64,000 bases of DNA from assembly GCA_965240325.2 (NCBI GenBank), contig OZ251234.1, positions 2,108,001 to 2,172,000 of the forward strand, in the 5' to 3' direction. The DNA is from Rebecca billardiae RCC1528 (lineage: Eukaryota > Protista > Haptophyta). Below the pieces are notes generated by a model. That model did not search any database and was not told the origin of the DNA. It was given only the letters and a program-made list of their open reading frames with translations. Positions 38,300 to 52,917 of the stretch are shown in pieces (the stretch's first letter is position 1; each line of letters starts with the position of its first letter). The translations under genes and the position numbers were made by a program.

Positions 38300-39093
38300 T
38301 AGTGACCCACAAATTTAGTTGCCGGCTGCAGCAGGCACGACTTTGTCTCAGCCCGCACGCCCGCTACGCGCCGACCCGGGCAGAGCCCATCCGCCCGCGC
38401 ATGCACCAGGCCCAGCCGCGTCAGTACATACCCACCCGGCCGCGGCACCCGCGCTCTGTGCGCCACGGTGTCGATGCGCCCGGCAGTCGGTGCGCATGCA
38501 CGAGCCAGCCGGCGGGCAGCTACGGGCTGGTTTTCGGCGTGGAGCGCGGTCGTGTGAGCTGCATTAATTCAGCTGACCCCCGGCTTTTGTGCATTCGGGA
38601 GTCGTGCTGCTACGGTGGGCGTGCCACGCGCCAACTCGACGCTGGCAAAATTAGGCGACGAAAGTGCACGCGCAGCCACACGCAGCCCATATTGATGCTC
38701 TCGGAGCAGGCTCGGGCATGCACTCGATCGGCTCTGGCTGACGGCAGCGCCAAGCTGGCGGCGCGGCGCGAGGGTGCATGCGTGGCGTGGGCGGAGCTAC
38801 GTCGCACACGCACCGCGCGGCGCGCGGCTCAGCGCACGGAGGCTGCCGACAGCCGGCGGCACGCAGGCAGGTCTGCTCGCCGCCAGTCGAGCTCGCCGGC
38901 CGCCGGGTACCAAACGTCAACCCAGGATGCACAGCCACGCCTATTTGCGAGGACTCGAGCAATCGGGTCCGGGCGCACCTCATGTGCACGGCAGTGGAGT
39001 GGGCCAAGTACGCCCCTGGTATGGTGGCGCGCCGCTGCTTTGCTGCGCTGATATGGCGAACAATGTCGGGAGGCTTAAACTTGTGAGGGACTA
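38300..39093 (+). repeat. 794-bp terminal module, copy 2
   Basis: Direct repeat of 28493-29286. Confidence 0.95.
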
Positions 39094-39165
39094 TACACGC
39101 GGGCAGCGCGCCCGTCCGGGCCTTGACGCGCGCTGCCGCTCCGCCTACGGGGCACGCGGCGGGGA

Positions 39166-40400
39166 TGCTGAGGCGATGCCAGCGTTCGAGTCCCATCCTC
39201 CTGCGCGCGCTTGTGCTGCTCGTCGCGCCCCTCATCATGCACTGCGAGGTGTCGAAGAGTGCGCCGCCTTCCAAGCAGCACGCCTTCTTCTCGCCCACCG
39301 CGCTGGTTGTCGCGCAAGGTGGGCATGCTGCCGAGCAGGAGCGATTCAACGCCATCCTGAGCGGCTCCACGGCGCATCGCCTGGTCGTGGTGAACGCGTT
39401 CGGGCGTGTGTCCACCGCGCGCATCATCGCGCACAATCTCGCCGCCCACTTCGCCGATGGGTCCGAGTGGGAGCGAGTCGCCTTTGCGTACGCGCACGGC
39501 GAGGTGCTGCGCGACGCGCTCGACGCCGATCCGAAGTTCAAGGCCTCGGGTGGGGGCTGCACTGTGTTCGAAGTGCGCGGGCGGTACTGGGGCGAGTTCC
39601 TGAGCTATCTCCGCGCAGACGCTGTCTCTCGCTTTGAGCACGTCTTCCTGCTGCTCGACGACCTGCTGATGCCCAGCTCTGGCGCTCTGCGCGTGAGCGT
39701 GCCGCGCCTACTCCACTCGATGCGCGCTCTCGGCGTCAGCCTGATCTCGCCAGCGATCGAGGGCAGCCAGGTGCTCTACGTGGCGATGCGGGACCTGACG
39801 GCCAACCGCTGCATACGCCGCGTGCACACCATCGAGCTTTTTGCGACGCTCTTCGAGCAGCGTGCGTGGGCGTGTTTTATGTCCATGCTCGACAGCTCGC
39901 ATGTCGGCGGCTGCGGCTATGACGCGTGCTTTCCCAAGCACTGCCCGCTGTACCGCGCGGCCATCGACGACACGGCAGTGGCTTACCACCTCGAGCGGCG
40001 GTGGCCAAGCCACCATGCCGTCCTAAGCATGTCCAACTCAGAGCGCATGCTTCTCTTCACGCTCCAGCACAATAGCGCTGGCACTGGCGACAAAGGCCAA
40101 GGGCAAGGAGCTGTCGGCAGTCGCCTCACACGCAATGGTACGCGCAGCACTCACGGGTGGAAGAAGAAGCACCGGATCGGAAAGATGCGTATCAACCCGT
40201 GCTGGCGTGAGAAGACGACGCAGCAGCATCGTCTTGATGAGCATCAGGGCGGCGTTTTAGGCGCTGCGGAGCTGTGGCGCAAGCTGAACTGCACCCCGAC
40301 CAGGGATCTGCTGGCTGCGGACGCCATCCCCCAGGATGAAATGCGGCTAGCATGCCAACCCGCACCCGCCGGCCCGAACCCATCGCCGTACGCCTCGTGA
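39166..40400 (+). CDS. DUF707-like putative glycosyltransferase, copy 1
   Basis: Signal anchor, FEHVFLLLDDL, LISPAI, IELFATLFEQRAWACF and GCGYD. These resemble the DUF707 YIFLWDED / VExxAPVFSRxAWRC / GWGLD motifs. Confidence 0.7.
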
Positions 40401-40490
40401 CACTATACGGACTCGCCGCAGTGACGATCACGGTGACTCATCACGACTGGCGAGCCGCGCGCTGCTAGCGACCATCATGAGCTCTGCTTA

Positions 40491-41018
40491 CAGGCAATCG
40501 CGGGCAATAAGAAGTCAGAGATCTCGCGGCTAGCCTCGGTTTCTTAGCCGTTCGGTAGCCCGAGCGCCTACGGAGTCTCAGTTTCTTAGCTAGGTCCGCC
40601 CGCCGCGCAGGCGCGGGGGGCGCAGGGGGCGGCAGAGCCACCCGCTGAGTCTTTAGGCCCGGCCGGCGAGGCCGAAGAAATTTTTGGGCCTTTTTGGAGC
40701 AAATCTGGCATGATGTTGCATGGATGCTGCGGTGCACTGGCCAGGAGTCAGTCATCAGGAGAAGTCGGGACTTGGCCTGTACTCGTAGTCGGGCCGCGCG
40801 CCGCGTCGCCGACTGGCCGACTGCGCCTCGCCCTCGGCCAGGCCCCGCTCGGCGGACCGACTCGTAGTCGTCAGCCGGGACGACGTAGTCCCGGTTTCTT
40901 AGTGTGCCTATGCGTATAGCGAACCAGCCAATCGCTAGTCTCAGTTTCTAGGCCAGATCCGCAGATAGCAAGCCCCAGTTTCTTAACGTGACAGCTCCTT
41001 ATTGCCCGCGATTGCCTG
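40491..41018. mobile_element. 528-bp Tc1/mariner-type MITE
   Basis: 21-bp perfect TIR CAGGCAATCGCGGGCAATAAG with TA on both sides, and repeated internal GTTTCT(T)A motifs. Confidence 0.9.
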
Positions 41019-43087
41019 TATCATAATCAGTCAGCAGTACATGCATTCAACGTCAAAACATGGATATATATTATATATATAAGCAGAATCTTCTGCTCCG
41101 TTTTTCGCCTATATATATAGCGTCAGTTTGACGAAATAAGGTCCTGGGAGTGCTGGGACGACCACGCTAACTAGTAACTGTAGCCTGGCGTCCAATTCCA
41201 AACGGCCCATTGGAGCACTTTCGGGGATTTTATATCGCGCCAAATGAACGCGCGGGCCCCTAGGCACGCGCTCACACCCGGAAACAGCACTGGATCGCTG
41301 AGACTCGATCGCTGAGCCGGGTGTGAACCCTGATGGCGTTGGGAGTGACGGCGGATGGAGCGGATGGGGCATGGGCACTCAGGCCCAAGAAGATGATGAT
41401 GTGACGCAAGGGTGATCGTCTGCAGCTGCTCTGGGTGCTCATCCGCACACCGGCGGTACGCATCACGCGGATGTGGCGGCGCGTGAGGCGGATATCCCAC
41501 TGCAACAGATAGGATCTGATCCTATATGGCATAGCAGGATGAGTTCACCAGAGCGCCAGCGCCTCAGTTCTGCGCATACGATCATCGGTGTTGCTATATC
41601 GTATGCGCCATGCGTGTGCAGCAGTCGATTTACGCGACGCTCGACCCGCACGCTCTTGGATTCGTGGGCTCGTGGTCCACAAGGACGGCCGCCACCATCG
41701 TGGAAGGTCCGTGGCCGCACGCACGATGGCGGTTGCCCTCTCTTCGCCCCGCCCAAGAGTCGCAAAGCGGCAACGGCCGCGACGGCTTCACGCGCTCCAT
41801 CCGTGGAGCCCAAAACATGCGGTAGACGACACGTGACGGTCACGGCACGACGAATTCGTCCCAGCCCTGATCGTCGAACCATCAATATGGGTTGGCGCTG
41901 CGCGTCAACTTGGGCTGGAAACCTGTTTCTGAAACGCATGATGGCTCGCAGCCAGTAGCCCGAGCTCGGAATTCTGACGCTGCCAACGGCGCCACAGGGG
42001 CGCAGCGGCAGGGCTGACGACGCGCGCGCGTGTGCACGTCTGACCACGGAGTGCGCGCTGCAATGACTGGCCCGTCCGCAGCACCACGCCCCGCGCTGTG
42101 AGTGAGAGTGTGGCCCGCGCCCAAGCGAGAACGCGGGCCGGGCGGCACTCCGCCGACCTCGCCGGCCGCCGACCAGCCCGCGGCCGCCTGCTGCAGCTCG
42201 TGGAACACGCAGTCGCGCGCTCGCGCGTGGAGGGCGGACCTGCGCGTATGCGCCCGCCGGGCTTGCCGCTTCATCCGCTGGCACCGCAGTGCAGGTCGAG
42301 CCGTCCGCCGCCCACCGAGCAGGCGCCACACCTTGCGCTCGTGCTCGAGCTGAGGCGGCGCGTGTCGCCGGAGCCGGCGGGTTCGCGCGCGTGCGCGTGG
42401 TGGGCAGCCTCGCGCGTGCGCCCGCCGCGCGCCCCGCGTCGCTCGCTTGGCGCCGCACGCGAGCCGCTCGTCGCGCGACCGAACGAGACGTCAAGGGCGA
42501 CCCTTGGAATGGCGTGGGCTCTCCGCCTGTGTCCTGCACGGGACGTCGTCGACGCGAGGCCGCGCGAGGTTGCTCCGATGCTCGTAGTCCAATGCAAGAT
42601 GATACCCGCGTGCCGCTATCAGCGCGCCCTTTCGCTCGTAAATTGTCTAGCGAGAATGTGACGGTTCGTGTGAATTTGAAGTGTGAACTCGCGACACGAC
42701 GAATAATGCGCCGATGCGATTCGCGCGCGAATGTGAGTACGCAAAGCGCCGAACGACGAGCGGTTTTGGACCGAACGACGAGCGGTTTTTGTCCTATCGA
42801 GCGCGTAAGCGGGTGAATTGCGCATATGTGACCCATAGGCGACTGGGCCGGTGGTGAGCCGGGCGTCAAAAAAAGGCCTGCGAGTGCGACGGGCTGGTGA
42901 GCAGTGCCTCCGGCAGCGTTTATAGCGTGAAGTCGTTTTAAATTCCCCTTTATAACGGGCTCCGGGTGATGCCTTTGTTCTCGTGGGTTTCCAGAATTTG
43001 TTCTCGTGGGTTTCCAGAATAATAATAGTATAAGTTCCAAAGTGAATTGATGACGCGCGCTGCCGCTCCGACGGGCACGCGGCGGGG

Positions 43088-44308
43088 ATGCTGAGGCGAT
43101 GCCAGCGTTCGAGTCCCATCCTCCTGCGCGCGCTTGTGCTGCTCGTCGCGCCCCACATCATGCACTGCGAGGTGTCAAAGAGTGCGCCGCCTTCCAAGCA
43201 GCACGCCTTCTTTTCGCCCACCGCGCTGGTTGTCGCGCAAGGTGGGCATGCTGCCGAGCAGGAGCGATTCAACGCCATCCTGAGCGGCTCCACGGCGCAT
43301 CGCCTGGTCGTGGTGAACGCGTTCGGGCGTGTGTCCACCGCGCGCGTCATCGCGCACAATCTCGCCGCCCACTTCGCCGATGGGTCCGAGTGGGAGCGAG
43401 TCGCCTTTGCGTACGCGCACGGCGAGGTGCTGCGCGACGCGCTCGACGCCGATCCGAAGTTCAGGGCCTCGGGTGGGGGCTGCACTGTGTTCGAAGTGCG
43501 CGGGCGGTACTGGGGCGAGTTCCTGAGCTATCTCCGCGCAGACGCTGTCTCTCGCTTTGAGCACGTCTTCCTGCTGCTCGACGACCTGCTGATGCCCAGC
43601 TCTGGCGCTCTGCGCGTGAGCGTGCCGCGCCTGCTCCACTCGATGCGCGCTCTCGGCGTCAGCCTGATCTCGCCAGCGATCGAGGGCAGCCACATGTTAT
43701 ACGTGGCGATGCGGGACCTGACGGCCAACCGCTGCATACGCCGCGTGCACACCATCGAGCTTTTTGCGACGCTCTTCGAGCAGCGCGCGTGGGCGTGTTT
43801 TATGTCCATGCTCGACAGCTCGCTTGTCGGCGGCTGCGGCTATGACGCGTGCTTTCCCAAGCACTGCCCGCTGTACCGCGCGGCCATCGACGACACGGCA
43901 GTGGCTTACCACCTCGAGCGGCGGTGGCCAAGCCACCATGCCGTCCTAAGCATGTCCAACTCAGAGCGCATGCTTCTCTTCACGCTCCAGCACAATCGCG
44001 CTGGCACTGGCGACAAAGGCCAAGGGCAAGGAGCTGTCGGCAGTCGCCTCACACGCAATGGTACGCGCAGCACTCACGGGCGGAAGCAGACGCCCCGGCG
44101 GATCGAAAAGATGCGTATCAACCCGTGCTGGCGTGAGACGAATGCGACGCAGCATCAGGGCTTTCGTGGCTCTGGGGAGCTGTGGCGCAAGCTGAACTGC
44201 ACCCCGACCGCGGATCTGCTGGCTGCGGACGCCATCCCCCAGGATGAAATGCGGCTAGCATGCCAACCCGCACCCGCCGGCCCGAACCCATCGCCGTACG
44301 TGGCGTGA
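43088..44308 (+). CDS. DUF707-like putative glycosyltransferase, copy 2
   Basis: Near-identical paralog of 39166-40400. Confidence 0.7.
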   Translation: MLRRCQRSSPILLRALVLLVAPHIMHCEVSKSAPPSKQHAFFSPTALVVAQGGHAAEQERFNAILSGSTAHRLVVVNAFGRVSTARVIAHNLAAHFADGSEWERVAFAYAHGEVLRDALDADPKFRASGGGCTVFEVRGRYWGEFLSYLRADAVSRFEHVFLLLDDLLMPSSGALRVSVPRLLHSMRALGVSLISPAIEGSHMLYVAMRDLTANRCIRRVHTIELFATLFEQRAWACFMSMLDSSLVGGCGYDACFPKHCPLYRAAIDDTAVAYHLERRWPSHHAVLSMSNSERMLLFTLQHNRAGTGDKGQGQGAVGSRLTRNGTRSTHGRKQTPRRIEKMRINPCWRETNATQHQGFRGSGELWRKLNCTPTADLLAADAIPQDEMRLACQPAPAGPNPSPYVA

Positions 44309-44580
44309 CACTACTGAAGCGCCGTGACCGGCGATTCATGATGAGCATCGTCGCCACTCACTCATACGACTACTATATATATAAATATATATACGACTGA
44401 CACTGATGCTGACTATAATTATATTCGCGGCACCGCCGCGCGGAGTGCAGCGCGGACGACTTGGCTTAGCAGTTAGCATGGCAGCATGGCTGACACTTGA
44501 CAATGACAGGCTGTGGCGGCATCACTCGGCGACTCACTCGTAATGCGCTGTCGTCCGAGCAGTCGATCAGACGGCTGCTG

Positions 44581-45008
44581 CTACATGGGTGGGCACGCGA
44601 GCCTCGTCGGCGTGTGCGTCGGCAGGGGGGGCGGCCCCGCGCTGCCAGCGGCGGCACTCCTCCGCCCCGCCCCGCCGCCGCCGCCCGCCCCGGCAGCGGC
44701 GGCCGCAACGCCATCAGCTGCACCCCCGTCTTCATCCGCGCGGCGGCGCCACTCGGCCACCGGCCGCAGCCCCTCGAGCACCGCCGCCAGCGGCACGGTG
44801 GCGAGCGCGGCCGCGCAGTCGTTCACGCCGTACGGAATCAGCAGCTCGTCCGACGCGCGGCCGACGGGCGTGCGCTGCCGCCAGCTGGAGTTGGTGCTCG
44901 CGGTGGGCGCGCGGCTGCCCCCGGGCCCGGGCTGCACGGCCATGGAGAGAGCGAATTGGATCAAGTCGCACTCCTCCTCCTCCTCCTCCTCCTCCTCCTC
45001 CTCCTCCT

Positions 45009-45039
<31 letters not shown>

Positions 45040-45720
45040 TGCTGCTGCTGCTGCTGCCGCGGCCTCCACCCTGGCGGCGGCGGCGGCGCCGAGGTGCGCG
45101 CCGCCCGCGCCTCGCCACGCGCCCCGCTGCTGCAGCGCGCGCCCAGCGCGGCCAAACACGCGGGGAGCGCCCGCGTACGCTCGGCCCGGGGCGCTGGTGT
45201 GCCCGCGCGGGTGTGTGCGGGAGCCGCCGGGCCGCTGCGGCGCGTACCGCGGCCACGCCGCCGCCCACGCTGCCGCGCCGCCGCCGCCCCCGCCGCGCCA
45301 CGCGCCGGCCGGCGCCGCGTGCCACCGCCCCGGCTGCTGCCGCCGGTAGCGCGCGGCCAGCGCGGGCAGACAGAACTCGGGGCCGAGGCGGCGCAAGCCA
45401 AAGGGCGGCGCATCGGCGAGCGTGGCAAAGAGGTGCGTGTAGTGCGTGCCCCAGCCCGCCACCTTGCGCGCCGGCGTCGAGCCCGGCGCCGCGCCGTTGG
45501 GCGGCGGCGCCACCGCCCCGCCGGCTCGGCCGGCGCGTTCGGCCGGCGTGGCGGCCATGCTGGCCGGCGCGGCGGCCATGCTGGCCGGCGCGGCGGCCAT
45601 GCTGCTTTGCCACAGGTCCCGGCGCGCGTGCAGCAGGACGAGGAGCTCGGCGCTCTCAGGCAGGTGCACCGGACCCGCCGAGTTGTGCAGCAGCCGGTGC
45701 ACGGGGCCGAGCGCGCGCAG

Positions 45721-45751
<31 letters not shown>

Positions 45752-46773
45752 TCGACCACCTCGACCGGCGGCGGGCAGCGCGCGCCGCCGCCGAGCGCGT
45801 CGGGGCCCGCGGGCGGCGACGCGGCGCGCGCCGGCTCGGGCGCGGCCGCGGCTTCGCTGAGCGCCGGCAGGCGCACGACGACGGGCGCGGGCCCGAGCTG
45901 CCACAGCAGGTGCAGCTCCGAGCGCGCGCCCGGCGGGCGGAATGGCAGCTGGTTCTTCTGGAAGTTGCCGCCGCACCAGCGGCCGGAGGGCGGGTGGCGC
46001 TCGGCCAATAGGAAGCAGCCGTTGGGCACGCGGCTCATGTGCTCACCGCCGGGCGCGCGGCGGTGCGCGGCGAGGTGCGCGCGCAGGCCGCCGGACGGGG
46101 GGCGGTGCAGGGCGAGCGGCGCGAGGAAGGGCGCGGCGAGCCGCGGCGGCGTCGCGTTCCGGCACATGCACGACGCCCACACGCCATCCAGCGCGCCGGC
46201 GGACGCGGCGAGGGCGGCGGACGCGCCGCGCGGCAGGCGATCGGCGCCGCCCGCCGCCGAGCCGGCGGCGCGCTCGGCGCGCTCGCCACCGCGGAAGAGG
46301 CGGCAGTCCTCGAGCTGGCCGCCCGCGCAGCGCGGCGTCTTGGCGAGCAGCGGCGCGCGCTGCAGCGTCGCCAGCCCAGCCGTGAGCAGCACGACCATCG
46401 TCAGCTTGCGCGCGGGCGGCCAGCCGCGGCGCGCGGCGACGGCCGCGCCGATCGACGGGCACTGCGCGCCCTTGCCCACGCGGAGCGCGCCGACGAAGCG
46501 CGCGCGCGGCTCGCCGAGCGCGAGGGCCTCGGCGCGCGTGAGCTCGAGCACCGACGGGTTGAAGCCCTCGCCGTACGCGCCGCGCGGCAGGCTGGCGTCG
46601 AGCGCGCGCGCGCGCGTGCCGCGCGGCGCGCGCTCGGGCGCGCGGCAGCCGCGCGCGCGCTCGGCGGCGCAGAGGAAGGGCACGCGCGACACGAGGTCGC
46701 CGCGCTCGAGTGCGGCCCGGCCGAAGAGCCACTCGCGGCCGAAGCCCGTCAGTGGCGCCGCCGGGCCGCTCAT
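44581..46773 (-). CDS. Putative five-bladed beta-propeller glycan enzyme (GH130/GT91-like), probably with an intron near 45030-45300
   Basis: FNPSVL, LEDCRLF, QKNQLPF, YTHLFATL, IQFALSM and LLIPYGVNDC motifs. Confidence 0.55.
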
Positions 46774-46956
46774 CGACTGCCCGCGTGCGCGCTCGTGCCG
46801 GCCGCCATCGCCGCCGTCTTGCCAGGCGGACCAGGTTGTCCGCAGCCGGCTGGCTGCGTGCGCGCGGCCGCGCGCGAGCAGGCGGCGGCGCGCGGCGTCA
46901 TCAGCACTGCAAGGGTGGCCGCGCGGCGCCTGAGCGCGCGTGCACGCACACCGACG

Positions 46957-49950
<2,994 letters not shown>

Positions 49951-51068
49951 GCGGCGGAGGGGGCCGCGAGGGAGTGCGCCGGTGGTGGCTCGGCGCTGCC
50001 ACCGCCTCGCCGCCCAGCCAGCGGCGGCGTCACAGCGGCCTTTGCGCGCCGCCGTCGTCGTCGTGGCCCGTGGCCGGCCGGGGTGGCGGCAGGCTGCGCC
50101 ACTCCGCACTCGGCCCGGACGCGAGAGCCGCGCGACAAAATAATCCCCGCCGCTCGCTGCCTGGCCGCCGCGGCGTATCCAACCGGTCCAGACCTCGGGA
50201 TTTGCCAGCCAAAACCAAAACCCACCCCAGGTGGGTTTCCGGGTGGAAATCTGGGCGCCGCGCTCCCGGACTCAGCTGAACGCCGCCGCCGCCGCCACCT
50301 CGCTCGCGCCTACCGCCGCCAGGGCGAGGCCGCGCGATGTCCAGTAGAGCTTCCGATGGGACGCAGCGGGGCGGTAGCGAGGCGGTGAACTACTGTAGCT
50401 TGCGCTTGGCGCAGCGCTTCGCGCCCTCGCACCTGGAAGGTCAGCTTGAGGCCCGCGCGAGCGCGAGCTTGCGCCGCCGCCGCGTTCAGCCAGAGATATG
50501 GGCGCCTTGCCTGCCGAGGCAGCAGAGAGGCACGCACGCGCGGGAAGCCGCTGGGCACCATGGCGCGCGCCTACGATCGTACTGTAACATGGCTCACGCC
50601 TTCCTGGGATGCGCGCCTCGGGTTGCTCTCAGCGCGCGCATACTTTGCGGGGATGACAGCACGGCTGAAGTGAGAGGCGGCGCACACGTCCGTGCGGGCT
50701 CAAGGCGCGGAGAAGATGGGCAGACGCGAGTCGCCCGGCGCAGGGCGGCGCAGAAAGGCTCTATGCCTCTGCCCGACGGCGTGCGCCATCGCCGCGTGCA
50801 CGTCTACGACCGCGGCGGCGCGGCAGCCGGCGGCGCCTCGCGGCGGATGGCTGTGGCGGCGCACGCGGCGCACGCGGCGGGTTTTGAATTTCCGAGTTTC
50901 CCAAATCCTGAGGTCTGGACCGGTTGGAAATCCATGCATCAGTAAAAAAGAAATACTGTAAAGATGAAATGCAACGACGCCGCGACGCGCGCGTTCTCGC
51001 GCATCCGCTTCATCGCCATCCTCGCCCGCGCGCGGGAGCGCCCGCCGTCCGTGCGGCGCCGCGCGGGC

Positions 51069-52373
51069 ATGCGCGCGCTGATCGTCGACACGGATGTGGC
51101 GATCGACGACGCGATCGCGTTCGCGATGCTCCCGCCGCCCGTCCTCGTCACCACCGTCGGCGGCATGCTGCCCGCGCGCGTCGGCGCGCCGGCCGCGCTC
51201 CGGCTGCTGCTCGCGCTCGCCGACGCGCGCGCGCCGCGCGGGCGCGAGGCGCGCGTGGTCGCGGGGCTCGAGGCGCCGCGCGACTGGGTCGGCGCGGCCT
51301 CGTGGGCGCCCGGCTACCGCCGCCGCTGCGAGCGCATGCTCGACGACATCCACGCGCCGCCGCTGCCGCTCGCGGCCGCCGACGCGGCGGCCGCCACGGC
51401 CGGCACGGCGGCGGCCGCGGCCGCGCTGGTCGAGGCGGCGCGCGCGCACGCGGCGGGGGGCGGGGCGAGGCTGGTCTGCCTCGGCCCGCTCACCAACGTC
51501 GCCGCCGCCATCGCCCTCGACCCCGCCTTCCTCCCCTCCCTCGCCGAGCTCGTCGTCCTCGGCGGCGCGGCGCGCGCCGCCGGCAACGGGCCGGGCGGCG
51601 CTGAGTGGAACTTCTGGTGCGACCCGGGGGCGGCGCACGGCGTGCTGGAGGCGGTGCGCGTGCTGCAGGCGGCGGGGCGCGCCGCGCCGCGCGTCGCCAT
51701 GCTCGGCAACGAGGTCGTCAACGAGCGCGCCTTCGACACCGCGTCCGCGCTCGGCCGCGCGCTTGCGAGCCCGACAGAGGGCGCGCGCGCAGACTGGCCG
51801 CGCGCGTGGTGCGGGCGTCGGCTGATCGCGCTGCAGCCCGAGGCGCTGGCGATGGACCCGCTCGCCGCGGCGTACGTGCTGCGCCCGTCCGTCCTCCACC
51901 TCGAGACCGCGCACGTCGCCGTCGACCCCGCCACCGGCGTCTGCGCGGAGGACGGCGCGCGCGGCGCGGCCGTGCAGCTGGCGACGGCGGTCGACAGCGG
52001 CGCGTATGGTCGGCTGCTGGCGCGCTGCTTCGTGCGGCGCGGGCGTGGGGGCGCGCGCGGCGAGGAGGAGGAGGGGGAGGAGGGCTGGGAGGAGGACGCG
52101 CCGCGCCCGAGCGGCGGCGCGCGCGCTCTCTGCGCCGGCTGCGCGCTCGGCTGGCGCCGGCTGGCGCGCGCGCTGCTGCGGCGCGCCGCGCCGGCGCGCG
52201 CGGCCGCCGCCTTTGCCCCGCTGCCAGCAGGCGCGCGCGCGAGCGCGCGGTCGGAGGAGGGCGCGGCGCGGCGAGGGAGCGCGCGGCGTGTCGCGCCCGG
52301 TGGCGCGCGCGCCGAGCCCGCGTGGCGCCCCCCGACCGACGTCGAGCACATCGACCCGAAGCTGTACCTTTGA
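51069..52373 (+). CDS. Inosine/uridine-preferring nucleoside hydrolase family protein
   Basis: LIVDTDVAIDDAIA, LVCLGPLTNVA, LVVLGGA, GN...AEWNFWCDPGAA and DPLAA. Confidence 0.88.
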   Translation: MRALIVDTDVAIDDAIAFAMLPPPVLVTTVGGMLPARVGAPAALRLLLALADARAPRGREARVVAGLEAPRDWVGAASWAPGYRRRCERMLDDIHAPPLPLAAADAAAATAGTAAAAAALVEAARAHAAGGGARLVCLGPLTNVAAAIALDPAFLPSLAELVVLGGAARAAGNGPGGAEWNFWCDPGAAHGVLEAVRVLQAAGRAAPRVAMLGNEVVNERAFDTASALGRALASPTEGARADWPRAWCGRRLIALQPEALAMDPLAAAYVLRPSVLHLETAHVAVDPATGVCAEDGARGAAVQLATAVDSGAYGRLLARCFVRRGRGGARGEEEEGEEGWEEDAPRPSGGARALCAGCALGWRRLARALLRRAAPARAAAAFAPLPAGARASARSEEGAARRGSARRVAPGGARAEPAWRPPTDVEHIDPKLYL

Positions 52374-52917
52374 CGCCGAGTAGAGTAAGTGACCGTGGCG
52401 GCGGACTGAATCGCTTAAGAGCTATACTAGCTATATAGTGTCAGTGATGATGCCGAGCGTCGTCGCTGGCGCGCAGCGATGCGCCGCCGGCGCCGCGATA
52501 CTACAGCGAGTAACTGCTACACCGGGACCTAGCAGCTGGATATACGTGCTACGGCGTGCTATTATTCATGGCCCGCGGTGCAGGGCGGAGCGCGTAGCGT
52601 GGAGCCACGCCGGGGGCCCTCACTACGTTGGAATCAAAAAGAGCTTTTGCATGATCAAAGAAAAGGGGATGATGGGGGACGATTAAGATTTTGAGGGCTG
52701 TTGGAGGGTGAGTTTTCGACTTTTTGAGGGGGGGTATGGCTGTCCATCACAGCTTAAAAGGCCGCGCCCGCTGCAATTCTTGTATCTACTATGGACGGAC
52801 GTGGGATCAGATACCCCGGGGGTGAAACAAGTGAGTATTCCCATCCCTCTTGTATGCTGAAGTACGAGTTTGCCGAGCGACGTTTGATTGTTTTGGGTCG
52901 AAACCAGCTATGAAGCC

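Larger units (their letters stand above)
28493..39093. mobile_element. 10.6-kb composite IS630/Tc1-mariner-type element with long terminal direct modules
   Basis: TA at 28491-28492 and 39094-39095. Ends are TAGTGACCCACAAATTTAG / CTTAAACTTGTGAGGGACTA. Transposase lies inside. Confidence 0.85.

Noticed and set aside
28493-39093. LTR retrotransposon
   Set aside because: The direct repeats lack TG..CA ends, there is no gag/RT/RNase H, the TSD is TA, and the enzyme is Tc1-type.
41100-43050. Possible inserted element between the DUF707 copies, with small tandem duplications near 42750 and 42975
   Set aside because: No TIR, TSD or coding signature could be defined.
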